A stretch of DNA of 64,000 bases, taken from the NCBI GenBank assembly GCA_965204235.1, contig OZ241979.1, positions 2,317,589-2,381,588 on the forward strand, given 5' to 3'. This stretch comes from an uncultured Candidatus Binatia bacterium. GTDB lineage: Bacteria; Desulfobacterota; Binatia; UBA9968; JAJDTQ01. Under the pieces are notes generated by a model. That model saw only the letters and a program-made list of their open reading frames with translations, did not search any database and had not been told where the DNA came from. This document shows positions 39,649 through 48,262 of this stretch, in pieces; positions within the stretch are counted from its first letter, which is position 1; every line of letters begins with the position of its first letter. A program made the translations under genes and the position numbers.

Positions 39649-41148
39649 ATGTCTCCGTGGCCGCTCCTCGCCGCAGCGTTCATCGCCCTCCCTTTCCTGT
39701 GGCCGGTGCTCTTCCCGCTGACCTGGTTCGCGCCGGTCCCCTTCCTGGCCGCGGTGGAGGGAGCCCGGGACTGGCGGCAGGCGCTCCGGGCGGGCGCCCT
39801 CACCGGGCTGGGCGCCATCGTCCTGGGGTTCCACTGGCTGGTCTATACCATCCACGTGTTCGGCGGAGTGAACTATGCCCTGGCGGCAACGGCGTTCGTC
39901 CTCTTCACCGTTTACTCGGCCCTGCCTTTCGTCGCGTTGGCGGGCCTGGTGCGTCTGTGCGGGCTGGGTCCCCTGGGGCTCTTCCCGCCGACGTTCTGGG
40001 TGGCGCTGGAGTTCTGGTTCCCCAACCTCTTCCCCTGGTACCTCGCCACCAGCCAGACCCTGTTCACCTCGCTCAACCAGTCCGCGGACCTCGTGGGCCA
40101 CTACGGGACCACGTTCGTGTTGCTGTGGTGCGGCGCCGCCCTCTACAAACTCCTGCGCGCCTGCCGGGGGGAGGGCGGCCTCCGGTCCGCGGTCCGAGCC
40201 GTGGCCGCGGCCTGCGCGCTCCTGGCCGCGGCCACGGCCTACGGCCATGTGCGGCTCCAACAGGTCACCGCGGCCGCAAGGGCCGCGGAAAAGCTCGACG
40301 TCGCGGTGGTGCAGGGAAACATCGACATCCGGCGAAAGGGCAAGGCCGCGTTCCTCAAGACCAACCTCCAGACCTACCGGGACCTCTCGGCCGGGAACCG
40401 CAACGCGGACCTGGTCATCTGGCCCGAGTCCGCGGTGGAGCAATGGGTGCCGGAGAACACCGGAAAGATCCCGCGGGGGATCCTGCCGGCGCGCCATCCC
40501 CACATGATCGTGGGCGCCGTCAGCTACCGGAAGGGGCCGGGGGACCGCACCCGCACTTACAACAGCGCCTTCGCGGTGGACCCGGACGGGGTCGTGCTGG
40601 GCCGCTACCACAAGCGGGTGCTGCTGGCTTTCGGCGAGTACATCCCCCTGGCGTGGCTCATCGGCGACCTGCCGGGCATGCCGCCCATCGGCGAGGGCTT
40701 CACCCCGGGCGCACTCGAGAGCGCCTTCGCGCTGCCGGGAGGCGCACGCGTGGCGCCCCTCATCTGCTACGAGGACCTGATGCCGGCGTTGTCGCGCCGC
40801 TTCGTCGGGAACGAGCGGGCGAACCTGCTCGTCAACCTGACCAACGATGCCTGGTACGGCCGCAGCGCCGCGCCGTGGCAGCACGCGCGGCTGGCGCGAT
40901 GGCGCGCCCTGGAGACCCGCCGGGCCCTGGTCCGTTCCACCAACACCGGCGTCACCACGGTCATCGACCCCGCCGGCCGCATGTCCGAGCCGCTGCCGCT
41001 CTTCTCGGAAGGAGTGCTGACCGCCACCGTGCCCCTGATGGAGACGGAGACCCTGTACGTGCGCTACGGCGACTGGTTCGCCTGGCTGATGACGCTGGCG
41101 GCCGCGGCCGCGGCCGCGCGCAGGGGCTTCGCCCGGACCCGGCGGTGA
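39649..41148 (+). CDS. lnt: Apolipoprotein N-acyltransferase
   Basis: N-terminal polytopic domain plus a CN-hydrolase domain with WPES / K / ICYE catalytic motifs. Confidence 0.9.
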   Translation: MSPWPLLAAAFIALPFLWPVLFPLTWFAPVPFLAAVEGARDWRQALRAGALTGLGAIVLGFHWLVYTIHVFGGVNYALAATAFVLFTVYSALPFVALAGLVRLCGLGPLGLFPPTFWVALEFWFPNLFPWYLATSQTLFTSLNQSADLVGHYGTTFVLLWCGAALYKLLRACRGEGGLRSAVRAVAAACALLAAATAYGHVRLQQVTAAARAAEKLDVAVVQGNIDIRRKGKAAFLKTNLQTYRDLSAGNRNADLVIWPESAVEQWVPENTGKIPRGILPARHPHMIVGAVSYRKGPGDRTRTYNSAFAVDPDGVVLGRYHKRVLLAFGEYIPLAWLIGDLPGMPPIGEGFTPGALESAFALPGGARVAPLICYEDLMPALSRRFVGNERANLLVNLTNDAWYGRSAAPWQHARLARWRALETRRALVRSTNTGVTTVIDPAGRMSEPLPLFSEGVLTATVPLMETETLYVRYGDWFAWLMTLAAAAAAARRGFARTRR

Positions 41149-41172
41149 GCCTTTCGACACATTCGGTTTCAA

Positions 41173-41310
41173 GGAAACTCGGAACGATTGCCCCCGTTCA
41201 TCCTGAGCGTAGCGTAGAACTCCGTTCATCCTGAGCGTAGCGTAGCGAAGTCGAAGGACGCGCTTCTTCATGGGGAGAGGCGCTTCGAGCCAGAATGGAT
41301 CAGAGGTTCC
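41173..41310 (+). repeat. Family-A repeat (double subunit) inserted just after the lnt stop. The insertion 41153-41334 is flanked by a 28-bp direct duplication at 41125-41152 and 41335-41362.
   Basis: GG(C/G)TTCGCCCGGACCCGGCGGTGAGCCT occurs on both sides of the insert. Confidence 0.7.
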
Positions 41311-41376
41311 TCAAGGGGGTTAATGGCGCACGGAGGGTTCGCCCGGACCCGGCGGTGAGCCTTGGCGGCGGGCGCG

Positions 41377-41925
41377 TCAAGGCCGCGGGAACCGGTAGAG
41401 CGCGTCCACCAAGGCGTCCGCGCGGTCGGCGACGATGAGTTTGTCGCGGTGCTTCCGCTTGAGGAACCCCTGCTCCACCGCGTGGTCGAGGAAGCGGAGC
41501 AGGTGGCCGTAGTAGTCCCTGACGTTCAGCACGCCGCAGGGTTTGGAGTGGAGGCCGAGTTGCAGCCACGTGACCATCTCCGCCAGCTCCTCCAGCGTGC
41601 CGTAGCCCCCCGGAAGGGCGATGAAACCGTCCGACAGCCGTTCCATCATGGCCTTGCGCCGGTGCATGGAGTCCACCACCCGGAGCTCGGTCAGGCCCGA
41701 GTGCGCCACGCCGTCCACCGCCATGGCCTCGGGGATGACGCCGATGACTTCCCCGCCCCGGTCGAGGGACGCGTCGGCCAGGCATCCCATCAGGCCCACG
41801 GCGCCGCCGCCATAGACCACCCCGATGCCTCGCCGGGCGAGCTCGCGCCCCAGCGCCGCGGCGGTCTGCGAATAGTCGTCCAGGACGCCCTTGCGGGACC
41901 CCGAAAAGACACAGATGCGCTTCAT
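41377..41925 (-). CDS. LOG-family cytokinin riboside 5'-monophosphate phosphoribohydrolase
   Basis: GGGxxGLMG and PGGxGTxxE motifs. 182 aa. Confidence 0.9.
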   Translation of the reverse strand: MKRICVFSGSRKGVLDDYSQTAAALGRELARRGIGVVYGGGAVGLMGCLADASLDRGGEVIGVIPEAMAVDGVAHSGLTELRVVDSMHRRKAMMERLSDGFIALPGGYGTLEELAEMVTWLQLGLHSKPCGVLNVRDYYGHLLRFLDHAVEQGFLKRKHRDKLIVADRADALVDALYRFPRP

Positions 41926-41984
41926 CTCGCTCCTTCGGTCCGCGCCGCTGCGGGTGCGTCGGCCAAGCCCGGTTGCGACTGCTT

Positions 41985-42095
41985 CAGGAGCGTCCGCTCC
42001 ATTCCGGCTCGAGGCGCCCCTCCCTTGGGAGAGCGCGTCCTTCGACTTCGCTTCGCTACGCTCAGGACGAACGGGGGCGATTGTTCCGAGTTTCC
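41985..42095 (-). repeat. Family-A repeat copy
   Basis: GAGAGCGCGTCCTTCGACTTCGCTTCGCTACGCTCAGGACGAACGGGGGCGATTGTTCCGAGTTTCC. Confidence 0.8.
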
Positions 42096-42139
42096 TTTAC
42101 AGGGCTTTTCATGATTTCGTGTGGGTTGTCCCACTCCCC

Positions 42140-42260
42140 TCCCACGCGCCGAGGTCCGATTCCCACCTTGCCGTCCTCGGTTCGGCATTGCGGAGAACTC
42201 CGATCCCCTAATGGCGGAGAACTCCGATTCCCTCCCCTCTTGAGGGGGAGGGACAGGGAG
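42140..42260 (+). repeat. Family-C repeat (GCGGAGAACTCCGATCCCCT x2 plus hairpin CCCTCCCCTCTTGAGGGGGAGGG)
   Basis: Same TIR-type module as at 37944 and 38180. Confidence 0.6.
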
Positions 42261-42726
42261 CATAGGCGCTAACTTGTTTTTGGTTAGAGAGAGAAGTAGC
42301 GAGCCAACCGAGGGATGCGGCGTTTTGGGGGTTCGGCGAGGGAGTGGGAGAGGTGGTTCCATTCCGAGAAAGGGTTTCGGGCTGGGGACGCTTGCCGGTT
42401 TTCGCGGCTGCCTTGCGCAAGCGCTTCTGCGCCATCCGGGTGGCTTCCTGTGTCTTTCGCACTGCGCAGACCCGTCCGGCCACCGTCTCCCGCAACGAGT
42501 GCCCACATCCCACATGCAGCAGAAGCGTCCGCAGCAGCTTCTCCACCGATTTGTCCTTGCGCAATCCCTTCAACGCTCCCGTCTCCTCCGCCAACTCCTC
42601 CCAATCCCCTAGCAGCAACCCCGTCAACAACTCCCAGTCCTCTCGTAACTTGCCCCCCCTCCCTCACTCTTGCTAATCTCCCCTCTTCATACACTATCCG
42701 TCCTGAAAAACAGGTTAGCGCCTATG
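42261..42726. mobile_element. Internally deleted IS remnant bounded by perfect 13-bp inverted repeats (CATAGGCGCTAAC ... GTTAGCGCCTATG)
   Basis: The perfect TIR pair encloses the transposase N-terminal fragment. Confidence 0.45.
42420..42630 (-). pseudogene. IS5/IS4-family transposase N-terminal fragment (DUF4096-like)
   Basis: LRKDKSVEKLLRTLLLHVGCGHSLRE resembles RKDSLREVVNAILYVLRTGCQWRMLP of IS5-family transposases. The ORF runs out into non-coding sequence after about 70 aa. Confidence 0.4.
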
Positions 42727-42744
42727 GGGTTAGGGAGGGGGCCT

Positions 42745-42890
42745 CCGCGCCACCAGACCCATCGGCGCCAGCACCAACGGACAGACGGCTGAAACGGCTT
42801 GGCTGGTCCGGGCAGAGGACTCCTCCCTGCAACCCCGCCGTACCCCCCCTAACCCGCCCCCTCAAGGGGGGAGGGGACGTTAACCCGTGA
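42745..42890 (+). repeat. Family-B repeat copy plus terminal hairpin CCCCCTCAAGGGGGGAGGGG
   Basis: GGCGCCAGCACCAACGGACAGACGGCTGAAACGGCTTGG...AACCCCGCCGTACCCCCCC matches 38025-38110. Confidence 0.7.
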
Positions 42891-43187
42891 AACTCTGCCC
42901 ACACCAAAGTCGGAAGATCTCTGCATAAAAGCCGAAAGAGATCTGCATGACATACTATGCAGCAGCGACCCCGCGAGCGTCAACGACCGACCCCGGCGCC
43001 ATGAGCTGCAAACCTCCCGACCCTCGGCTCCTTGGCTCGCTCCTGCTGTCCCGGGAACGCAGGCGTCCCGCCCGCGGCAGGTCGAAGGTCCGTATCCCGA
43101 AGACCCGCGGGGGTCCCCGCAGGGTGTTGTAATTCGTGAAGAAGGTGGTAGGTGAGTCTCAACCGGGAACGATCGGAGGAGCAGTCC

Positions 43188-43433
43188 ATGAGCGAGACCA
43201 CGAAATCCGCGGCCAACGGCGCAGGCAAGAGGTACATGACGGACGACCGGGGAAACCCGTCGTCCATGCGGCTGATGTCCATGCTGGCGTTGGGGGTAGC
43301 CGCGGTCCTGGCGTTGGTGGAAGCGTTCGGCCTGGGGTCCGGCGAAAGCAAGACGGAACTGGTCCTGTACTTCCTGGTCGCGGCCTTCGCGCCCAAGGCG
43401 GTGCAGAAGTTCGCGGAGAAGGACCGCCCGTGA
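43188..43433 (+). CDS. Small two-TM membrane protein (holin-like?)
   Basis: GGAGGAG RBS. Two hydrophobic helices (LMSMLALGVAAVLALV, LVLYFLVAAFAP). Confidence 0.45.
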   Translation: MSETTKSAANGAGKRYMTDDRGNPSSMRLMSMLALGVAAVLALVEAFGLGSGESKTELVLYFLVAAFAPKAVQKFAEKDRP

Positions 43434-43463
43434 GGACCAGGCTCCGACTTCGGGGAGAGGGAC

Positions 43464-44441
43464 TTGGCTGAGAAGCGGGCGAGCGCGGCGCCCCGTCGGC
43501 TCGCTCTCGATTTCGCCAGCAACGACTACCCGTTCTTCGGCGCCGTCATGAGCGGGCGCCACGCGGCCCACGGTCTCGACATCCGTTGGCGCCGTGTGGA
43601 CCCGCCCGACAAGCTCTTCCGGCAGGTGCTCCGGTCGCCGCGGTACGACGTCACCGAGTTGTCCCTGTCGAGCTACACGATGATGCGGGAACGGGGCTGG
43701 CGCGCCTACCGGGCCCTTCCGATCTTCCCCTCCCGCCGCTTCCGCCATTCCTCGGTGTTCGTGAAAGCCGACAGCCGTCTGGTGAGCGGCGAGCAGCTCG
43801 AAGGGCGGCGGGTCGGGGTGCCGGACTTCCACATGACCGCGGCCGTGTGGGTCCGCGGTCTTCTCCGGGAGGACTTCGGCGTGAGGCCCGAGGCCGTCCG
43901 CTGGTTCACGGGCCGGGCCGAACGAGTCAGGTTGCCGCGGGAGGTGGCCGACCAGGTGGAGTACGTGGGCAAGGAGGCGAGGCTCTTCGACTGGTTGCTC
44001 GAAGGCAGGCTCGACGCGGTGATCTACGCCCACCTGACCCACCCGCCCGTGCCGGCCGGCAGCGTGCGGCGCCTCTTTCCCGACGCCGCGGAACGGGAAA
44101 GGGAGTACTACCGCAAGCACGGGGTCATCCCGATCATGCACCTCATCGCCCTCAAGGAGGAGCACTTGGCGAATGGTCCCGGCGTCGCGCGCAGGCTGGA
44201 GAGGGTGCTGAGGAAGGAGAAGGAGTCCTTCTACCGGCGGCTCGACCAGGTGCGGTCGTCCGGGGTCCTCCCCTGGTTCTCCGAATACGTGGAGAGCGCC
44301 GCGGCGACCCTCGGCGCGGACCCCTGGCCCCACGGCATCGAAGCCAACCGCAAGGCCATCGACAAGTTCCTGGACTACTCCCTGTCCCAGGGCCTGATCG
44401 CCCGAAGACCCGACCTGCGCGAGCTCTTCATCGACGTGTGA
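43464..44441 (+). CDS. 4,5-dihydroxyphthalate decarboxylase-like protein (NMT1/THI5/SsuA periplasmic-binding-like fold)
   Basis: YDVTELSLSSY and FPSRRFRHSSVFVKADS motifs recalled from the dihydroxyphthalate-decarboxylase family. Confidence 0.45.
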   Translation: MAEKRASAAPRRLALDFASNDYPFFGAVMSGRHAAHGLDIRWRRVDPPDKLFRQVLRSPRYDVTELSLSSYTMMRERGWRAYRALPIFPSRRFRHSSVFVKADSRLVSGEQLEGRRVGVPDFHMTAAVWVRGLLREDFGVRPEAVRWFTGRAERVRLPREVADQVEYVGKEARLFDWLLEGRLDAVIYAHLTHPPVPAGSVRRLFPDAAEREREYYRKHGVIPIMHLIALKEEHLANGPGVARRLERVLRKEKESFYRRLDQVRSSGVLPWFSEYVESAAATLGADPWPHGIEANRKAIDKFLDYSLSQGLIARRPDLRELFIDV

Positions 44442-44606
44442 GGGTCCTGCCGAAGTCCTCCATGACTTCGCCGCCCACGCCCCCACACGGACTTCTCGAT
44501 GTTACCCCTGTTGCGTTCCGTCAAATACCCGTCAAATAAACAGGATCCTTGTAACTATTTGAATTCAAAAGGCTTTCCCGATTTCCCCGAGACACGGACT
44601 GCCTGA

Positions 44607-45113
44607 TTGGCGGAATCCTGTCAAATAAAAATCGGACAGTTGCAGGTCCGCGTCAGCGCGGACGAGAGGGAACGTATCCGGCGGCGCGCGGAAGACGCTG
44701 GCATGACCGTTTCCGAATGGGTGCTCAGATGGCTGTTGCCGCCCGTCGAGGACGAGTTCCAGGAGCTTTGCCGTGAGCTTGCGCAGCGGCCCGAGTTCCG
44801 CACCCACGCCCTGGCGCACATCCATGACCTCTTCCAGCGTCTGGGCGAGCGGGAGTTTTCCCTGGCCGTGCGGTTCCCGCCGCAGGTGGAGTTGGCGCCG
44901 TTCGAGGTGAACTACATGGCCGCGATGGTGGAGTACGCCGCGGTCCTCAAGGCCGCGCCCATGCTGGACTGGACCCGGGGCGTGCCTCCCCTGGAGACGC
45001 CCTCGTTCGCCGCCCCGGAGCGGAGCTTGCGGCTGCATCTGCTTACGCAGTCGCCGCCGCCGTTCCGCCGGCGCAACCTGTTCGTGGACGCCAGCGTCGG
45101 GAGCCGGACATGA
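44607..45113 (+). CDS. RHH (CopG/TacA-like) domain protein with an uncharacterised C-terminal extension
   Basis: VRVSADERERIRRRAEDAGMTVSEWVLRWL ribbon-helix-helix. Preceded by an AT-rich region with GTCAAATA repeats. Confidence 0.45.
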   Translation: MAESCQIKIGQLQVRVSADERERIRRRAEDAGMTVSEWVLRWLLPPVEDEFQELCRELAQRPEFRTHALAHIHDLFQRLGEREFSLAVRFPPQVELAPFEVNYMAAMVEYAAVLKAAPMLDWTRGVPPLETPSFAAPERSLRLHLLTQSPPPFRRRNLFVDASVGSRT

Positions 45114-45255
45114 CGCCGCTGGCCCGGGACGCTATCCTCCGCCTGCTGGAACGGCTGAACGACGAGTTGGCGCGCGACGGCGTGTGCGGGGAACTGTGCC
45201 TGGTGGGCGGCGCGGTGTTGTGCCTCGCGTTCGACGCGCGCCGTTCCGTCCCGTG
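45110..45255 (+). pseudogene. Nucleotidyltransferase-like N-terminal fragment truncated by a family-A repeat
   Basis: AILRLLERLNDELARDGVCGELCLVGGAVLCLAFDARRS resembles the MntA/NTase N-terminus. ATGA overlap with the upstream RHH gene. The reading frame runs straight into the repeat. Confidence 0.35.
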
Positions 45256-45380
45256 GCGTCCTTCGACTTCGCTACGCTACGCTCAGGACGAACGGAGTTC
45301 TTCGCTCGCTACGCTCAGGATGAACGGGTTGCTCCGCTTCGCTACGCCAGGACGAACGGAGGCAATGGTTCAGGGTTTCC
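45255..45380 (-). repeat. Family-A repeat, triple subunit
   Basis: GCGTCCTTCGACTTCGCTACGCTACGCTCAGGACGAACGG...GCTACGCTCAGGATGAACGG...GCTACGCCAGGACGAACGG. Confidence 0.8.
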
Positions 45381-45467
45381 GGGAGACGGAAACCCGTGAC
45401 CACGGGTTTGCCTGACGGTCGAAGGGCGTGATAGGGCTTGGGACGAATCCACACGGGGAGAAGACCT

Positions 45468-46484
45468 ATGCGCGGCGTCATGTTCAACGGCAACAGGCAG
45501 GCCGAGATCCGGAAGTTTCCGGACCCCCATGCGGGGCCGGGCGAAGCGGTGGTGAAGGTCCGGGCCTCGGGCATGTGCGGCACGGACTTGCATCGGTATC
45601 GCGGACCCGCGGCCATCGACGCCATCACCGGCCATGAGCCCTGCGGCGTGGTCGCGGAACTCGGCGCCGGCGCGCCGGACGGGCTGGCGGTCGGCGACCG
45701 GGTGGTGGTGCACCACTACGCGGGGTGCGGCCTCTGCGAGATCTGCGCCCTGGGCTACGAGCAGGCGTGTCCCCACGGCCACGTGACCTTCGGCGGCGTG
45801 GACGCCCACGGGGCCAACGCCGACTACATCCTGGTGCCGTTGCGCCTCCTCTGCCGCCTCCCCGACGAGTTGTCGTTCGAGGCCGGCGCGGCCATCTCCT
45901 GCGGCACCGGCACGGCCTGGAACGGTCTCAGGAAGATGAACGTGGCCGGCGGCGACATGGTGTCCATCTTCGGACAGGGGCCGGTGGGCCTCAGCGGCAC
46001 CATGTGCGCCAAGGCCATGGGGGCGCGGGTGGTCGCCATCGACGTGCTGCCGGAACGGTTGGAACTGGCGCGCCGGTACGGCGCCGACCACGTGGTCAAC
46101 GCCCGGGACGCCGACCCGGTGGAGGCGGTCAAGGATCTCACCGGCGGGCTGGGGACTTCCGCGGCGCTGGAAACCTCCGGCAACCCGGAGGCCCGCGGAC
46201 AGATCCTCAAGGCCCTGCGCACCTTCGGACGCTGCTGTTACGTGGGCATGGGCGAGCCGTCCACCATCGACTTCAGGAACGACGTGATCTTCAAGGTGGC
46301 CACCCTCTTCGGCTCGTGGACCTTCAGCAAGTCCGAGCTCATGGAGATCTGCCGCTTCATGGTGGAAGAGAAGGTGCCCCTGGACGACCTCATCACCCAC
46401 CGCTTCAGCCTCGACCAGGCCGTCGAAGCCTTCCGCACCTTCGACGGCGCCGCCACCGGAAAGTGCGTGTTCGTCATGGACTGA
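45468..46484 (+). CDS. Zn-dependent alcohol dehydrogenase (MDR family; sorbitol/threonine-dehydrogenase-like)
   Basis: GMCGTDLH catalytic Zn motif. GHEPCG. Structural Zn Cys cluster CGLCEIC. GxGxxG. Confidence 0.9.
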   Translation: MRGVMFNGNRQAEIRKFPDPHAGPGEAVVKVRASGMCGTDLHRYRGPAAIDAITGHEPCGVVAELGAGAPDGLAVGDRVVVHHYAGCGLCEICALGYEQACPHGHVTFGGVDAHGANADYILVPLRLLCRLPDELSFEAGAAISCGTGTAWNGLRKMNVAGGDMVSIFGQGPVGLSGTMCAKAMGARVVAIDVLPERLELARRYGADHVVNARDADPVEAVKDLTGGLGTSAALETSGNPEARGQILKALRTFGRCCYVGMGEPSTIDFRNDVIFKVATLFGSWTFSKSELMEICRFMVEEKVPLDDLITHRFSLDQAVEAFRTFDGAATGKCVFVMD

Positions 46485-46492
46485 CCGAACCG

Positions 46493-46603
46493 GGGAAACC
46501 CCGAACCACGCCCCCCGTTCGTCCTGAGCGTAGCGAAGCGAAGTCGAAGGACGCGCTCTCCCGCAGGGAGAGGGAACGCAAGCCGGAATGGATCGGATGT
46601 TCC
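46493..46603 (+). repeat. Family-A repeat copy. It supplies the annotated first ATG of the downstream nucleotidyltransferase ORF.
   Basis: GGGGAAACCCCGAACCACGCCCCCCGTTCGTCCTGAGCGTAGCGAAGCGAAGTCGAAGGACGCGCTCTCCCGCAGGGAGAGG...GGAATGGATCGGATGTTCC. Confidence 0.8.
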
Positions 46604-47073
46604 ATAACATGTTCATCGAGCGCGTGGTCGCCGGATTGCGGCAGGAAGGAGTGCGGTTCGCCATTGCCGGAGGTTATGCCGTGGCGTTGCATGGAGCGGT
46701 GCGCGCCACCGCGGACGTGGATCTGGTCCTGGCGCTGTCCGAGGAGAACCTCGTAGCCGCGGAATCGGCGCTCAACCGCCTGGGGCTGCGTTCCCGTCTG
46801 CCGGTGAAGGCCGACGAGGTCTTTCGGTTCCGACAGGAATACATCCGCAATCGCAACCTCATCGCCTGGAGCTTCGTCAACCACGCGAACCCCGTTGAGA
46901 TCGTGGACATCATCCTCACCGAGGACCTCCAGACCATGAAGCTCGATGCCGTCGTCATCGGACGGCTCGAATTGCCGGTGGTTTCCAGGGCGGACTTGAT
47001 CCGCATGAAGGAGAAGAGCGCCCGGCCCCAGGACCTGGAGGACGTCAAGGCTTTGAGGAGCATCGGCCCATGA
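46597..47073 (+). CDS. Nucleotidyltransferase-fold protein (MNT/DUF6036-like), putative toxin-antitoxin component
   Basis: FAIAGGYAVALHGAVRATADVDLVL NTase motif. Start is ambiguous (46588, 46597 or 46609) because the 5' end overlaps a repeat. Confidence 0.55.
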   Translation: MFHNMFIERVVAGLRQEGVRFAIAGGYAVALHGAVRATADVDLVLALSEENLVAAESALNRLGLRSRLPVKADEVFRFRQEYIRNRNLIAWSFVNHANPVEIVDIILTEDLQTMKLDAVVIGRLELPVVSRADLIRMKEKSARPQDLEDVKALRSIGP

Positions 47074-47324
47074 GACCCGTGCAGTTCTTTTCGGAAGAGT
47101 ACCTGGAACGCTGCAAGCGCATGACGCCGGAGCAGATCCTGCGGTTCCTGGACGAGTTCCGCCGGCTCCAGGCGCCGGCGCGGGCCGCCGGAACCCGTCT
47201 GGTCCCCGTCGAGGTGCCCGAGGACCTGTTGCAGGCTTTCCAGGACAAGGCCCGGGAGCACGGCGTTCCCTTTCAGACGCAACTCGAACGGCTGATGAGG
47301 CAGTGGATCGACCGCGAGCCGTGA
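47070..47324 (+). CDS. BrnA/CopG-like antitoxin-type small protein
   Basis: VPVEVPEDLLQAFQDKAREHGVPFQTQLERLMRQWI matches the BrnA/COG3514 pattern. ATGA overlap with the upstream NTase gene. Confidence 0.55.
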   Translation: MRPVQFFSEEYLERCKRMTPEQILRFLDEFRRLQAPARAAGTRLVPVEVPEDLLQAFQDKAREHGVPFQTQLERLMRQWIDREP

Positions 47325-47353
47325 AGCGCGGCCGGGGACGGAGGGAAGCACGG

Positions 47354-48106
47354 ATGCCCGTATGGAACGAGTCGAGTTGGCCGCGCATCCGGGAATGCGC
47401 CGAGCAGGGCTTGGCGGTGGTGGTCCCCATCGGCGTCATCGAGCAGCACGGCCATCACCTGCCCCTGGACACCGACGCCTTCATCGCCCAGGAGATCGCC
47501 CGTGAGGCCGCGCGGCGGGACCCCGGGATCCTGGTGGGTCCCACGGTCCCCTTCGGCTTCACGCCCAGCAACAAGAACTTCCCCGGCAGCATCAGCCTCA
47601 CCGCGGCCACCTGGACTGCGTTGATCCGTGAGATCGTCCGTTCGGTGGCGCGTCACGGCTTCACCCGCATCGCGCTGTTCAACGGCCACGGCGGACAGGT
47701 GGCCCTGTCACGGGCGACGGTCTCCGCCCTTCAGGACGAGGAGGGGATCCGCGTGGCGGCGCTGAACTGGTTCGGCCTGGTGGCCGAGGACATGGGACGG
47801 CTGTTCGCGGACGAGAAGATGCCCGGCGGCCGGGTGGGCCATGCCGGCGCGGTGGAGACCTCCATGAACCTGCACCTGCGCCCGGAACTGTCCGCCCAGG
47901 GCAGCCTCGTAACCCATCTCGGCCCGCAGATGCCCGAGTTCGTGCGCAAGGTCGGCGGCTACGTCCAGACCCCGCGCGAGGAGCTGTCGCCGTCGGGAGT
48001 CATGGGAGACCCGAACCTCGCCAGCGCCGAGAAGGGCGCCGAGCTGTTCGAGTTGGCGGTGGAACGGCTGTGCGAGTTCGTCAGGGAGTACCGCCTGTCC
48101 GAGTGA
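47354..48106 (+). CDS. Creatininase-family amidohydrolase
   Basis: IGVIEQHGHHLPLDTD and NGHGG motifs. Confidence 0.85.
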   Translation: MPVWNESSWPRIRECAEQGLAVVVPIGVIEQHGHHLPLDTDAFIAQEIAREAARRDPGILVGPTVPFGFTPSNKNFPGSISLTAATWTALIREIVRSVARHGFTRIALFNGHGGQVALSRATVSALQDEEGIRVAALNWFGLVAEDMGRLFADEKMPGGRVGHAGAVETSMNLHLRPELSAQGSLVTHLGPQMPEFVRKVGGYVQTPREELSPSGVMGDPNLASAEKGAELFELAVERLCEFVREYRLSE

Positions 48107-48262
48107 CCCGCAGACCCGCGTGCGGAACGCATCCTCGTCCCCACCCGCGGACGGCCCGAGGCCCGGCAGGCTCCACCCGCCCGCTCGCCGCACTGCCCGC
48201 ATGGTCCGCTGCCTGCCGGCGGCGCCGCGCGTTCCCGGTCCACGGACCCTCTCTTGCGGACC

